Source of the DNA: Chrysomallon squamiferum
Lineage: Eukaryota; Animalia; Mollusca
NCBI GenBank assembly: GCA_012295275.1
Contig: CM022672.1
Location: forward strand, 2,604,001 to 2,668,000
Direction of reading: 5' to 3'
DNA: 64,000 bases
This document shows, one piece after another, positions 44,441 through 58,232 of the stretch (the first letter of the stretch is position 1; the number at the start of each line of letters is the position of its first letter). The notes below the pieces were generated by a model, which worked only from the letters and a program-made list of their open reading frames with translations, had not been told where the DNA came from and searched no databases. A program made the translations under genes and the position numbers.

Positions 44441-45684
44441 ACTTTTAATACCTAGGAAATAGACAGTGAGAGGAAATACATTTTTTCTCTCTCTAATGCT
44501 GTCATCATTCATGCAAACAAGTTGTAAGACATGCAGAAATGTCAGTAAATGTATCAAACTGCTGTAAAATAAACGCCAGTGGGTCGTAAGTTTTAAATAT
44601 TTAAAATTTTATGTATAAAAATTATGTCAAGGCTTCATCAAACATGTATTCATTTACGTTAAAATAGATTATGTATAACCTGCGGGCCATAAAGAAACTT
44701 AAAGATATGTCACCAACTAAAATTACGTGAAGGCATCGTCAAACTGTGATGATGGATGTCTTTCTGCAGCCGTATAGGTTTTAACATTTTTATAGCGAAG
44801 AAAAACAAGTGATGCAAAAAAGTCCTGTTGCTGTTAATGCAGAATCCCTATGAATGCAGTTTAACTTAAGGAAACGTTAAAATTTGAATGTTTATTACAA
44901 AATAATCATATAAATTAGTTGTTATTGTGGCGTTAACTATAATAGTCGAGTCCAAGAAAGGTGAATGATTCAACGTATACATAGATGAATGAAAGATACA
45001 TGATTAACGAATGTACGAATAAATGAGTTTATGAATGAATGAATGAATGAGTGAGTGAGTGAAAAAAACTAACAAATGAGTGTTAATAACACAATTTAAC
45101 ATGAATAAAACAAGAAGCAGAAGAAGAATAAGAATAACAGTAAGAATAAATAAACAAACACATTTAAACACAACAAATACTAAATAAAAATTCTGCCTTA
45201 GTTTCTTCTAATATATTTTTCCATATTAAAAATAGAAAAGAATTTTATTAAAGCTCGTATATGATTTTTGTGTTAATTTTCAAACCATGGCCATGTACTA
45301 AGTCCCAGAGGCCAGCCAAGGCAGTGATCAAATGCACACAATGTCAGATTCCAGGCAACTTACTGGAAAATTATCTCCTTGCCACAGCCCTGACGTCATT
45401 ATTCATACATGTTCTAAATCTTGCGGGAACCGAGTGAAAGAAGAAACATATGGATTTAATGTCGTTTAGTAGCTTGAAAAACCATTCCGGCATAGGCGCC
45501 AACACACTTTCTGTCTATTCTAACCAATTTTAGTTAGATTGGTAGATTGTCAGATGTATTATTTATTTATTTATTTATAGTTGTTGTTGTTGTTATTGTT
45601 ATTGTTGTTATTCATGATATTAGTGATATACTGTTGTTTTTCCAAACTAATAATGACTTTTCGCTTTTCAAACATTATTCAATA

Positions 45685-45719
<35 letters not shown>

Positions 45720-46384
45720 GTTTTGCTTTGATGGGGGTGTTTGATTTTATAATAATATTGGTTTTTGTGTTGTTTTTCTCGGAAAATGTCCTTCTCACAA
45801 ATATCTATCTATATATGTCTATATAGCTATATCTATATCTACATATATATACATATGTGAGAGAGAGAGACACAGAGAGAGAGAGATTTTAAAAAAAACA
45901 AGAAAAAACATTTCGTGATCTATTCAACATTTCCATGTCCCTTGCTAAATGTCATCACTCACAAAACGATGGCACGGAATGGATGGTATAATGTTGACCG
46001 AGGGAAGTAATGGCCTTTTAATGGTTATTGTTTGCCCATTAAGATACAGTACAGTCTCAATAGTTGCATTTACCATAGACCTCGTCCAAAAGGCCAATCT
46101 TTGCGGTTATTTTGGCTTCTACTATTACCTTTAGAAAGTTTGGTCCCTCTGCGACCATTAACAAGTTAATAGGCTTGTCTAAAGATCGTTTGTATGCATG
46201 ATGTTGAAAATCTTGCTGAGAACTTGTGTACAGTGGAAATATTCGTGCCGTTTAGAAAATAAATACAATAAATATTTATAATCTACTTATGTAGGTACAT
46301 ACTCTTGAGGGTAGATCTGTGTGTGTTTGTGTGTGTTCTGTGGTGCATACATGTACACGATACCATACATTCTCATATATTCTA

Positions 46385-46680
46385 ACACACGCACACACAC
46401 AGATATATAAATATATAAATACATACATACATACATACATACAATACATACACACATATATACATACAATACATACATACACACATATATACATATATAC
46501 ATACACACATACATACACACATACATACACACACACATACATAGATACATACATATATATATATACATACATACTTACATGCATACATGCATACATACAG
46601 ACAGACAGACAGACAAATGTACATATCACAAAACATTTCATTACTCTAAAAAATGCAAATGGATTGCCAGTTATTTCGTA

Positions 46681-46733
<53 letters not shown>

Positions 46734-46752
46734 GTATATATATATATATATA
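46385..46752. repeat. (CATA)n/(CA)n then (TG)n/(TA)n microsatellites
   Basis: Direct reading. Confidence 0.95.
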
Positions 46753-47404
46753 TTCAAATGAGGAGTGAAGACGCTGTCAGTGTTTCTGGGTAAATCTAAG
46801 GTCAAAAGTTAAATAACGTGAGTGGAAAGCGATGTATCATTAATTTTACAGTTAATCTCCCGCACCCATCAAAACTCTCATTTATGTGTTACGTCAGCTG
46901 TATGTCTGCAAGGATGCACGTGTGTGCGCGCATGTACATGTGTGTTTAACACTTTATACAAACTTTTTAATTATTAATGTGTGTAAAAATCTCAAATCTT
47001 TGATTTATATCTTCAAACAGGACCGAATCGCCTCAAAAATGTTAACCACCTTGAAAATGATAATTAGAAGGCGAGTAAAATCGATTAACATTTCCTAATG
47101 AAACACATCTTCATGTGTCGCTTTTATAGCATGTTAATGCACGACAGACTTCGATTAATGGCAAACACGTGTTAAGAAATAATCAAACAATTTTGAGCTT
47201 CTGGTTCTTAAGCTCTGAAGTTATCGTGTAAGCTTCACGTATACAGCTGTGGAAATGTCAGTGATTCTTAATTCTTTCAAAACGACAGATACTAAATGGG
47301 AATATATTTGGTTAATTATTTCCCGCATGTATTTTTAATTTCATAATGTAATTGATTCCATGATATTTTAAAACATGTTTTCGTAGGCACGACTGTAATA
47401 ATAA

Positions 47405-47453
47405 TAAGAAGAAGAAGAAGAAGAAGAACAAAGAAGACAAAGAGAAGAAGAAG

Positions 47454-47488
<35 letters not shown>
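47405..47488. repeat. (AAG)n-(AAC)n compound microsatellite
   Basis: Direct reading. Confidence 0.93.
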
Positions 47489-48001
47489 CTATTCAGTGGC
47501 TTCATAGGTGTCGTCCGACATGATATTTCAAAAAAAAAATTAGTCTCTGAACGTTTGTGACATTAACACTTATCGGACTTTGAATATTATGTCCAAATAT
47601 TATAAAATTACAAGATTTTAGTTATTAATTCCATTCGTTTTGTCTTGGATTGTGATAAATATAGAGACGTCATCATGTCTTGGACTTCCGACGGCATTGT
47701 CATAATTCTTAACATTATGGTCACGATCATTATCCTCCTCAGCGTTACTATTATCAATATTATTATCATCACTGTCCCGGTAATCTCAAGGTCTTCTTAT
47801 TCTTGAATGATTTCATTTTGTTTCTTTGTAGTCTTCTTTTCTTATTTTTTTTTTCTTTCTTTTCCTTTGGCTTCTTCGACCTTAGCTATCATCTTAGGAA
47901 TAAAGGTAGCTGAAGGAAATAGTTTAACAGCGTTATGAGATTCTGTGAAATTCTAAACATTTTGCAAACAGTTTGAAGATATAATATCTGTAAAGGTTAT
48001 A

Positions 48002-48106
<105 letters not shown>

Positions 48107-48380
48107 ACATATGAAAGTGATTTAGCGAGAAAGAAAAATAATGAAGGAGCACAGGCTATAAAGAAAAATAATAAAGATAACATATAATAAAAGAGAATAT
48201 ATAAATTAATTAAAGCATGAATAAATCAATTAATGCCAGAGATTTATTAATTTTTATGGCAGAAGAAAAGCAAACTGGAGTTACACGCAAACTTTCTAAA
48301 CACGCATCTTTTGTTCCTAAAACAAAACTAATCATTACAATTATTTGTTTCTCCCGGGCTTTAATCTACTGTCCACTTAC

Positions 48381-48413
48381 CTGCTGTCTGACATAAACTC
48401 ATCAATTAAACAC
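48381..48413 (-). CDS. Candidate 33-nt symmetric (phase 2-2) micro-exon, peptide CLIDEFMSDS
   Basis: Minus strand: tctttgttacag|GTGTTTAATTGATGAGTTTATGTCAGACAGCAG|gtaagt; length divisible by 3; one frame open. Confidence 0.33.
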
Positions 48414-49886
48414 CTGTAACAAAGACTGACCCGACTTACAAGTGACATAACTTTTGTTTGAGTGTGACCTCATACTGCAGCGCCGACAAAAGCAAGGACC
48501 GCAACTGGGAGATGAAAAATAATTGAGTCATTACGTAACCTTACCACGTTTGGCTCACAGCTGTAGAAGGATTGAACATTTACCCAGCTGGTTAATCATC
48601 TGTCTGAGTGCAGTTTGACTAGGTAATATAGTTTTATTGCTTATTATATATTTATCTTGTTTTGTCGAGGTTCCTAGAGAAAAAAAAAAAAAAAAAAAAC
48701 ACGCCCTGGAATGTTGAGTGAAACAACTCGTAATTAACTTTTGAAAGTTTCATGTTTGTCTGTAAGTGAGCTTTTAAATAGCTAAACGAGAAAATCAAAG
48801 GTAATAAAAATATTAACTTTTAATGCAATTCAGAGTCGTTTGTACACATACAGATAAAAATATACATACAAGTATACATACATTCAAAAACACACACACA
48901 CACACAGAGATATGAACTGATCTAAAGTTATATACAGACAAGAAAATATCACGCATTACATATACACATACAAGCAAAATAAAAACATTAATATTAACGG
49001 CAAGACAACCTCAAATATACACACTGGTATATTATATTAATAAATAGTTTTATACTTACAACATACAGGTACAAAACGGACATAATCATTATAAACACCA
49101 GCATATACATGCGAAGATAACGTAACAGTTTGTATAAATGTACAAACATTTGACACAAACAATTACATAAACTTCGCATACAACTAAATCATTATCAAAC
49201 AGATCGTCTCAGTGAGTCTGAGCCTCTTTACACTTCGATCAGTTCCAGATTTCATTTATTTGTAGTCTTCACACCTCCTCATTTGAATTTCGTCTTCCCT
49301 GATTTCCTACTACATTAACTTCTGCACTGGTGAAAACGAGAAAAACAAAGAAATGAATTTCTAAACCAGTCGAATACTTCACTTTTCTTATCGGTTTTTT
49401 TTTCTTTTTTTTCTTCTTCTTCTGAATTGTATGAATGCATCATTCTCCATGGGCACGCTGCCAAAACCGACGACTTGCATAGTGTTATGGAATAACTCAC
49501 GTTTCTAAAGGTACAGTTAAATTTTATTTTTATATTATTTATATTATGATCGAGGGTGCTGGGTACCATTATTGTCGTCTTTCGTGTAGCGGTTTGATTT
49601 ACTGCTATAGTTCAGTTCTTTTTCTTTTTCTTTTTTTTCCTTTTTTTTCAGTATTAATTATTTACAACCGTGTCTGGAAAGAGTATTTTCTCTCTCCAGT
49701 TACCTCGTCCTGATAGCACAATTAGTTACGTATCGTGTGCGTAATAATCAAAAGAATGTTCTTGTAATGATGTTTACTAGCACTGGCGAGTTCAAGCACG
49801 TCTTTAGTGTATATCAGAACGGCTTGGTGAAGCAGTTTGTAATGAAAATGTAGGTCTATATTTATTTTTTGCCAGTCTCTGTTCTG

Positions 49887-50122
49887 CTTGATCTTGTGTT
49901 ACATATTCTTAATTGTATAATTTTAAAATGGTATGTGTATAGTGTTACGGAACAGTGTATCGTATAGACAATATATATATTGTCTACACTATACACAGAA
50001 CCTTTTTCTTTCTTTCTTTTTTCTTTTCTTTTCTTCTTTCTTTCTTCTTTTCATTTCTTTTTTCTTTCTCCATTTATATATGTTAAAATTATACAATTAA
50101 GAATATGTAACACAAGATCAAG
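49887..50122. repeat. Nested inverted repeat with perfect 40-bp outer arms
   Basis: 49887-49926 is the reverse complement of 50083-50122; inner 12-bp arms 49934-49945/49986-49997; 22-bp palindrome 49965-49986. Confidence 0.95.
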
Positions 50123-51117
50123 TATACATACACACATGACTATATAATTATGTCTGTATCAGTAATAAGAAGTTAGTTATATATGCATGTAATCTATTTC
50201 GGTTCGTTTACGCTCACTTGCAAAAGGTTAGCGCTGCAGCCAGAATTAACGATACTACGAAATGTTAGATTATACACACATAACTGTATCAAATGCTGTT
50301 GCAGTCACCTCATTTAACGATATTAGCATAACTGCAACTATTTTAGTGAACTGCTTCAATTAACACTACACGGAAAGGAAACAAAACAAATGAAAAAAAC
50401 AAAAATTCTAAAATATCCGCGTACGGGATCTTCCTGACGTGAAAACGTGTTGTTGGCCAACCAACCGGCCCAGTCGGCAGCAAATCCCACTGAAAGTGTT
50501 CAGTTGTCACCTGAGTTTGCGTTACAAGAAAGCTGGGAACAAGACCCGGTCGGAACGACGCCTGTTGTTTTTCGTCGTTTTGTGTTTGAACCGTCACCGC
50601 CGCTGAAACAAACGTCTGTCAGTGTCACCGTCGTTGAGGGCAAACAGGAACTCTGTTACAAAGTGGTGTTCTGGATGTTGTCGCAAAGATAACAATGCCT
50701 GTTGTTATTATACACACGATCCTGACGAAATACATTCCTGAAACGTGTTTCGCTGGCACACAGGATCGCAAGGATGTAGAAATATTTTTGTTTTCTCATA
50801 AGAATAAGACAGACAGACACGCACACATATACACATACATACTACATACACATACACTCACAGATGCACGTATAAACGTATTTACAGAGTGTTGACTTTT
50901 GGTTGTTGTTTATTTGTTTCGTTTAGCTTCTTTAGTGTGTAGCAGTTGTTGTGATAGCTGTGGTGCTGGTAATGGTAGCAGTACACATTTGAAGCACACA
51001 CGTATAAAAAGCACACTCATCCAGGTCCACTATATATAATATATATACATCGGCAATGTATACAGACATTATACATACAGCGACATGTTTTGTTATATCA
51101 GAATGTAGGCCTCCTAT

Positions 51118-51148
<31 letters not shown>

Positions 51149-51636
51149 CTTACGTATTTTTACTTTTATTATTTGGGGTAGAAGTAATTTTTGCTGTCCT
51201 TTTAATATATAAAAACACTCATACATATTAATCTACAATGTGTCAAACTCATAAACGTGATAACATTTAAAACACACACTCTACCCAAACCTACTTAATA
51301 ATAATCCGTTTTCGTTGACACAAACACTGTCACATGTTATGGCGATTACCTCTGTTTGTAAGTGCACTCGATGTTTTTTTCTTATTTTTTCTCCTTCATC
51401 TGACTTTGCTGACTTTCTTTCTTTTTTTTTCTTCTTGTTTTCCTTTTTTTTCTTCTTGTTTTCCTTTTTTATCTTTTTTCCGAATTAAAATTTAAATGCG
51501 CAATCTAAACCCTGCTTTGATTAAACGTGTAGGTGTAGACCTCAGATTTAATTAATATTGAATTTCGAGAAAAGTGTTAACAGTTTGAGCAATTTCAGTA
51601 AGTTTATTTAGTAGTGTTAAAATCTATTGGTAGCAC

Positions 51637-51699
51637 TAGTAGTAGCAGTAGTAGCAGTAGTAGTAGCAGTAGTAGTAGTAGTAGCAGTAATAGTAGTAA

Positions 51700-51739
<40 letters not shown>

Positions 51740-51760
51740 TGTAGTAATTGTAGTTGTTCT
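51637..51760. repeat. (AGT)n/(AGC) tract
   Basis: Direct reading. Confidence 0.95.
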
Positions 51761-51910
51761 ACCTGAGGTAGAGAAATAACAACAGTAGTGGTAGCAATAT
51801 TTAAAAGAACAGAATAAAAATCACAGGTTTGGACAACGAGCTGTAAAACTCGTGAAATTCTCACCAACAACAAATTAGCATTGCCACACTAGGAAGACAT
51901 TGCTTTGCAA

Positions 51911-52050
51911 TCTAGAGGGCTTCTAAGCCCTGCTAGTTTCACGTGAATAGCCAATCAGTTAACACAGGGAAGCTGTTCAAGCAATGCCAATGGGGTCCGA
52001 ACCAGAGAGTAATCAGCTCTAATATCGCATTACCGCAGCGCGCTGGTATC
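51911..52050 (+). promoter_or_regulatory. Promoter-like motif set: TCACGTGA plus two CCAAT boxes
   Basis: TCACGTGA 51939, AGCCAATCAG 51950, GCCAAT 51986, CAGCGCGCTG 52035. Confidence 0.35.
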
Positions 52051-52345
52051 AACACATTTACAAACGAGATTCCTTTCCGAGATTAAAACGAAGAGAAAAA
52101 AAAAATCCATGTTGCTGCTTGCTTCCACGGCGTCCGATGGTGCTGAAAGCACTGAAGAACCAGTCCCGCATGGGGTTATCATCATCGTCGTGGCCAGAAA
52201 CACCGTAAACATAGATGACACCGTCGATAAGCAAAAGCAAGTTCACTTTCAGGTTAATCTTGTTTCGTGACCAACGGCAAATAAAACGATTTCATGGTTA
52301 GTTTAAAGAAATAACACTCTTGTTTCTGAGAACGTTTGTTGAAAT

Positions 52346-52379
<34 letters not shown>

Positions 52380-52596
52380 TTTAAAAGAAAGAGAAAGTGG
52401 GTAAAGTAAAAAAAAATAATAATAAAGAGAGGGAATGAATACAGACGGGGGTTGTAAAGAAGTAAAGAAATTGTTAAATGAAGGAATACAGGCCTATATG
52501 CAAAGAAAGTGGAGAAAATGTAGTAACTCTTAATACAAATTATATATCCTTGACACGCACATATACACACACTCACATAAAGATATATATATATAT

Positions 52597-52712
<116 letters not shown>

Positions 52713-53915
52713 GATTCATCATAAGCAATTCAGACAGCTGGAAGCCAAATTTAAAAATATTGTAAACGTGGAGTTTACACGTACAAATTCACATGGATTA
52801 ACTGACCGAAAAGATGCTGCATAAATAATGATCCGCGATATTAACATTATTAATGTGGATTTGTACAATGTGTGTACATATTAACGTATTTGTACATTAT
52901 GCACGCATTGGTGAATTAATGGTACTGCCCCACCCATTACCAAAGTATACATTGTTTATATACTGTCAGCTTGAATTCGCAAATTACTGTTCACTACATA
53001 TGTGTCCTGTGACGAACAACAAAGATACACTTGACTTGGTTATTGACTAATGTTGTACTTGGTGACCGTTATAACGGTTAACTTGTGCTGTGTTTAAGAA
53101 CGGTTATTCTGTAAAATCATTGATGTATTTATCTACAAAGGTTTCATTTCAACTGCGCGAGGACACACTTCATTTATGAAATATTTTTCGTTTATTTTAT
53201 TTTTTAATTTTTAATTTTTAATTTTTTCTTAATTTTATTTTATTTTTATTTTTTTTACTTTATTTTTAACTTACTTTCTTTTTTTTTTTTTTTTTCGTTT
53301 TCGTTTTTCTTTACCTTTGATATTTTATTTTTGTATATCCTTCTTATTGTTCTATTTTTATTTTATAATCGATTCTGTTTTTTTTTTCCATTTTTTTTCA
53401 TTTCTATTTTACTTGGTGGTGTTTTTTACTTTCAGGTTTATTATTAATTCTTGTTCATTTTCTTCAAGTTTGTTTTTGATTCCTTTTAAGTTTAATACTT
53501 CTGATTCCAGCATTCATAGACCCAAAATAATCCTCTTCCATTTTCGTTTTCATTTTTCATTTTTATTTATTTCTATGTTATTATCATTTTTGTTTTCTTT
53601 TATGATTATTATTTTTTATTATTGTTTATTTTTTAATTTGTCTTTCTGTGTTTCTGGTATATATTTACTTATTGTATTATTCTAAGTATTTTATTAGTGT
53701 ATGTGTTAGTGAACGAATGTTTTGCAAGAATTAATATTTCTGTTTGATATTTTCATCTCGTTAGACTTAAGACGGATACTTTTCGAAAACACGCGGATCT
53801 CAGTTATGACCTCACAAATGCCAGATGCCGCTGTCATGACTCGAACGCATGGCTTCCTGTTAGGTGTAGTCCACAGGAGGACGATAACATCACTCTCTTT
53901 GATGTTATATTCCTA

Positions 53916-53918
<3 letters not shown>

Positions 53919-53988
<70 letters not shown>

Positions 53989-54005
53989 CTCTCGCTCTCT
54001 CTCTC
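53919..54005. repeat. (CT)n microsatellite
   Basis: Direct reading. Confidence 0.97.
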
Positions 54006-54087
54006 AAACACACACAAACAGACACGTAGACTGACACACATGCAATATGAACAGCGCAAATAAATATCATTACCTTTTTTGCTTTTA

Positions 54088-54250
54088 CATACATTCATGA
54101 ATACATACATTCATGAATACATACATGCATACATACATTCACACACCTACATACATACATACATACATACACGCATACATATATACATACACACATACAC
54201 ACTTACACACATACACACATACATAGATACATACATACATACAGACACGC

Positions 54251-54281
<31 letters not shown>

Positions 54282-54350
54282 CATACATACATACATACAT
54301 ACACACATACATACATACACATACACATACATTCACACATCTATACAAAT
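54088..54350. repeat. (CATA)n degenerate tract
   Basis: Direct reading. Confidence 0.95.
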
Positions 54351-54776
54351 GTATATGCATAAGATTTTATTCTTATTTAAGGAAAAACAGTTTATAATAC
54401 ATTATTTATTTCCTTGTCTTCTACTTCCCGTTTTCGTGTACATTTTCCCCAGTCCAGTGGTTCTCGCTCTGTTTGTTACATCTGTGTCATAATGACTATT
54501 TTGCAACATACACTTGTCTGCCCTTTACTACATCATTGTCTCATTGAAGACGTAGGCGAAGGTGCTTCCTCCAAATTGCGCAACGAAGGAGTTACTTGCG
54601 TAATTCCTGATCATTATTTTTATTTCTCTCGTGTGTATCTTTACATTTATTGTCGTCGCAAGAAAGAAAAGACAACGCCAAGGCGAGAAATGAAAGAAAA
54701 CATATCTCCATATACAACGCGTATAACTAACTATACAGTATACCAATGTCTGTCAAGTCCTCAGTTATTAAAATAT

Positions 54777-54817
<41 letters not shown>

Positions 54818-55245
54818 CTGTTGTTGTTGATGTTGTTTGTTTTATTTTTATTTCTATTTATTTTTTTATCTTAAAGAAATTGAAATATATTTCATATTCA
54901 TTTACAACTAATGACTGTCATCGATTTTGCTTCACTTGTAATTATTACAGTGCATATTTAATCTCCTCATTTACCTTGGAAAGAATTAAATGTATGTAAA
55001 GCCTTGAGATCGATTGTAAACGTGGGCCCAGTTTGTGGCTGTTGTGTTTTTACGAGCTAATTAACACACACACGTGGCTCGCACTCACAAACACGAATAA
55101 GTATACTAAATATAATATTGCGTTTATGTAATTGTGTATGCGATTTCATGCATTTTATTCTATTATTATTAGTCACTTACATTAATAATTTTAATCTCAA
55201 CTCGTACTCCCTTCTTCCCTCCCTCACTCTATCTATTTCTATTTC

Positions 55246-55251
<6 letters not shown>

Positions 55252-55327
<76 letters not shown>

Positions 55328-55335
55328 TACACACA
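55252..55335. repeat. (CT)n-(CA)n microsatellite
   Basis: Direct reading. Confidence 0.97.
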
Positions 55336-56066
55336 CTCTACTTTCTCTGTTTCTCTATCTCCCTTTTTATCTATATAGATGTGTGTCTGTCTCTCTGTCT
55401 GTCTGTCTGTATGTATGTTAGTCTGTATCAATCTATCTATCTGTTTGTCTGTCTATCTATCTACATATCTATGCATCTTCCTATCTATCTATCTACCTAT
55501 CTCTCACACACTCTCTGTTCTCTGTTTCAATTTCTATAATTCTAACTCTCTGCTCTCCCTTGTTTGTATTTACCGCGTCCAAACAATGAGCCACTAATCC
55601 CGCAGACATTTCTATCAACAGTAATACGTGCGAGGCTCCACTCGAAATCGCGAATAAGTCGGCCGAGGGAGTTTATGCCTAGATTAACATGAATTCGACA
55701 AGACTGTGAAACAGAAGAAGTAAGAAGAAGACGAAGAAGAAAGAACGAAAGAAAAACAAAACAAAAAAAATCCCCACCATAATCTTTTCACCACACAAAA
55801 GAGGCTGGTGACATATATTACCTGCAGTTATATCCTGACAGGTATCGCATGAGGTGACGTGTCACTTGGTTTGTATGTGTGTGACGTCGGTCACGTTGAG
55901 ATGTTTACAAGTAAACGGGGTTATATTAACATGCAGTGAGTGGTATCAACTTAAGTCGTTATCTTTGTACGTAACGGTTCAGCGTGTTGTTCTGTGTTAC
56001 ATGTGGACGTAAAACAAAACAAATCTTTAAAATTATTATAGATTTTTCTGTTAATTTTCTCGTTTA

Positions 56067-56070
<4 letters not shown>

Positions 56071-56158
<88 letters not shown>
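56071..56158. repeat. (CT)n-(GT)n microsatellite
   Basis: Direct reading. Confidence 0.97.
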
Positions 56159-56988
56159 CACGTACTCTGTCATGATGCACACATATCACACGAAGCATAT
56201 CATAATACATAAACACACATGTACACTACATACAACGACATGCACTTACACACGCACGCACTCGCGCACAAGCCGTCACCATATACGCATCAACACACAC
56301 GTGCACAAACGTATACTGTAAAAAAAAAAAAAAAAGTAAACTGATCAGTTAAAAATAAATTAAGTTGAATACATTAATATGGTTGCATTTTAAATCAATA
56401 TTACCTAGACTCGGTAACTTTGGCATATCTATATTTTTATTTATGAATATACTAACACTACACATTGTATACGTGTGTTCTTCAAGCTTCATGTGCACCA
56501 CTTATCTACTGGGTTGTTAACACCTGACACAAGGTCACGTCATTTTCATATTCAGATCAATAACTAACTCTATACCACCGGGGATCATATCGGATGTTGT
56601 CGCTGATGCAGTTTTTGTCACCGTTGGTGCTGTTAACAACTTCTGTCGACGTGGTTGAAATCAATAATTTGCATTGTCTGAACGACCTTAGACCACGTGA
56701 CAGTTGCTTATTGTATTTATATATGTTGTCGTCGCTCATGCAACTTCAGTCGTTGTAACACTTGTCGACTCTGTCGTTGTAGTCGTTACCATTACCTGTC
56801 ATTTTTTACAATTTTTTTTACCTGTTATTGCTATTTTTTAATTTGCTACTAATGAAGACAATGCTAATTTTGAGCTAAATAATTTGTTTTTATTATTCAG
56901 AATACTACATAAATGCGTTATACTAACTGAATATTTTATTAGCAAAATTTACAGTTAACTTTAATTTTACCCGTTTCACACACACAAA

Positions 56989-57021
<33 letters not shown>

Positions 57022-57070
57022 CACACATATACATATATAAACACATATAATTAACTATACAGATATATGC

Positions 57071-57104
<34 letters not shown>

Positions 57105-57623
57105 AATATTTTATACCGATCTTTCACAAATAAATTAAATTATATAAATTAAAAAATTAAAAAAATCCCTGTCCGCCTAAAATCACTGTTTTATTAAAAT
57201 CTGCTTTCTCGATTAGCAATAGCAAACAAAAACAAACGAAAAGAGAATTTACACGTATTTGCACTAGGCCTACGTCAAAGTCATACAAAATCGAGGTCAC
57301 TGCTCCCGTGTTGTTTATGCTGTGAGATACAAATCTGGGGTATACTAAATATAGTAAACCAAACAACTTTTCCTCTGCATGGGTCAAAAGGCGTGAAAAA
57401 TTTACTCGCTCCAATGGCCGGCAAGTTAAACCTCTTTTTCTAATAAATGCATCAAAAGAATTTCTTCTTTACCTTACAATAGAAACGTCAGAAGTGTGTT
57501 TGATGTTGTTGTTGTTGTTGTCGTCATCGTCGTTAACGGTGATGATGTTGTTGTTGTTGATCATGTTATTGTTATTGTTGTTGCTGCTACTACTACTACA
57601 GCTACTACTACTATTATTATTTC

Positions 57624-57704
57624 TTCTGCAACTTCTACTGCTACTACTATTTCTGCAACTTCTACTGCTACTACTACTTCTGCAACTTCTACTGCTACTA
57701 CTAC
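57624..57704. repeat. 27-bp tandem repeat x3 within a trinucleotide tract
   Basis: ttctgcaacttctactgctactacta(t/c) at 57624, 57651 and 57678. Confidence 0.93.
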
Positions 57705-58037
57705 CACTACTGCTTCTACAGTTGTTATTTCTACGACGATTACTGTTACTACTACTAATACTACTGAGATTATTCCTTCTATTTTTGTTGTTGTTTCCAT
57801 GATCGTTATTTTTAATAATGTTGTCTTTGTAGTAGTCGTTGTTGTTTCAATTAAATTTCAGAATATAACAATCCAATGAACTACTTAGCCTTTTATGTAC
57901 ATTTTTATCGAAATAAATAAAAATAAATAAATAAATAAAATAGCGAGAGAAGATAATGTAACAGCACAGTAATATATAATATAAACCATCTTAAACAATA
58001 ACAAAAATTATATCTATATCTAAAGATCTATCTATCC

Positions 58038-58073
<36 letters not shown>

Positions 58074-58169
58074 CTATTTACAAAACTATCTCGCCATTGT
58101 ATGGAAGATCACAAAATACAATTTTTTAATTTCTTTTCACTTTTTATTACCTTTTAAAACCTTATAAAT

Positions 58170-58232
58170 TTACTCATGTATTTGTATTAGTAAAAAGCAA
58201 CAGCGTATTTCAAGTACATTTCCCACAGGCGA
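58170..58232 (-). mobile_element. Possible Nin-SINE core remnant
   Basis: Minus strand cctgtgggaaatgtac...ttgc...ctaat resembles recalled CTGTGGGAAAGTGCATATAAAAGATCCCTTGCTGCTAAT. Confidence 0.25.

Noticed and set aside
50447-50692. 81-aa complex-sequence ORF (also 43135..43554, 60619..60990, 63428..63628)
   Set aside because: No recognisable family and no convincing flanking splice pair; consistent with chance frames in GC-richer islands
53059-53080. miR-2001-like string gtgaccgttataa
   Set aside because: The 5' and 3' ends mismatch the recalled mature sequence; it is simply a 14-bp palindrome (accgttataacggt) with no precursor stem
57496-57879. Mucin-like Thr/Ser ORF (SATSTATT repeats)
   Set aside because: Arises from trinucleotide and 27-bp repeats; overlapping frames on both strands are equally open; no splice context
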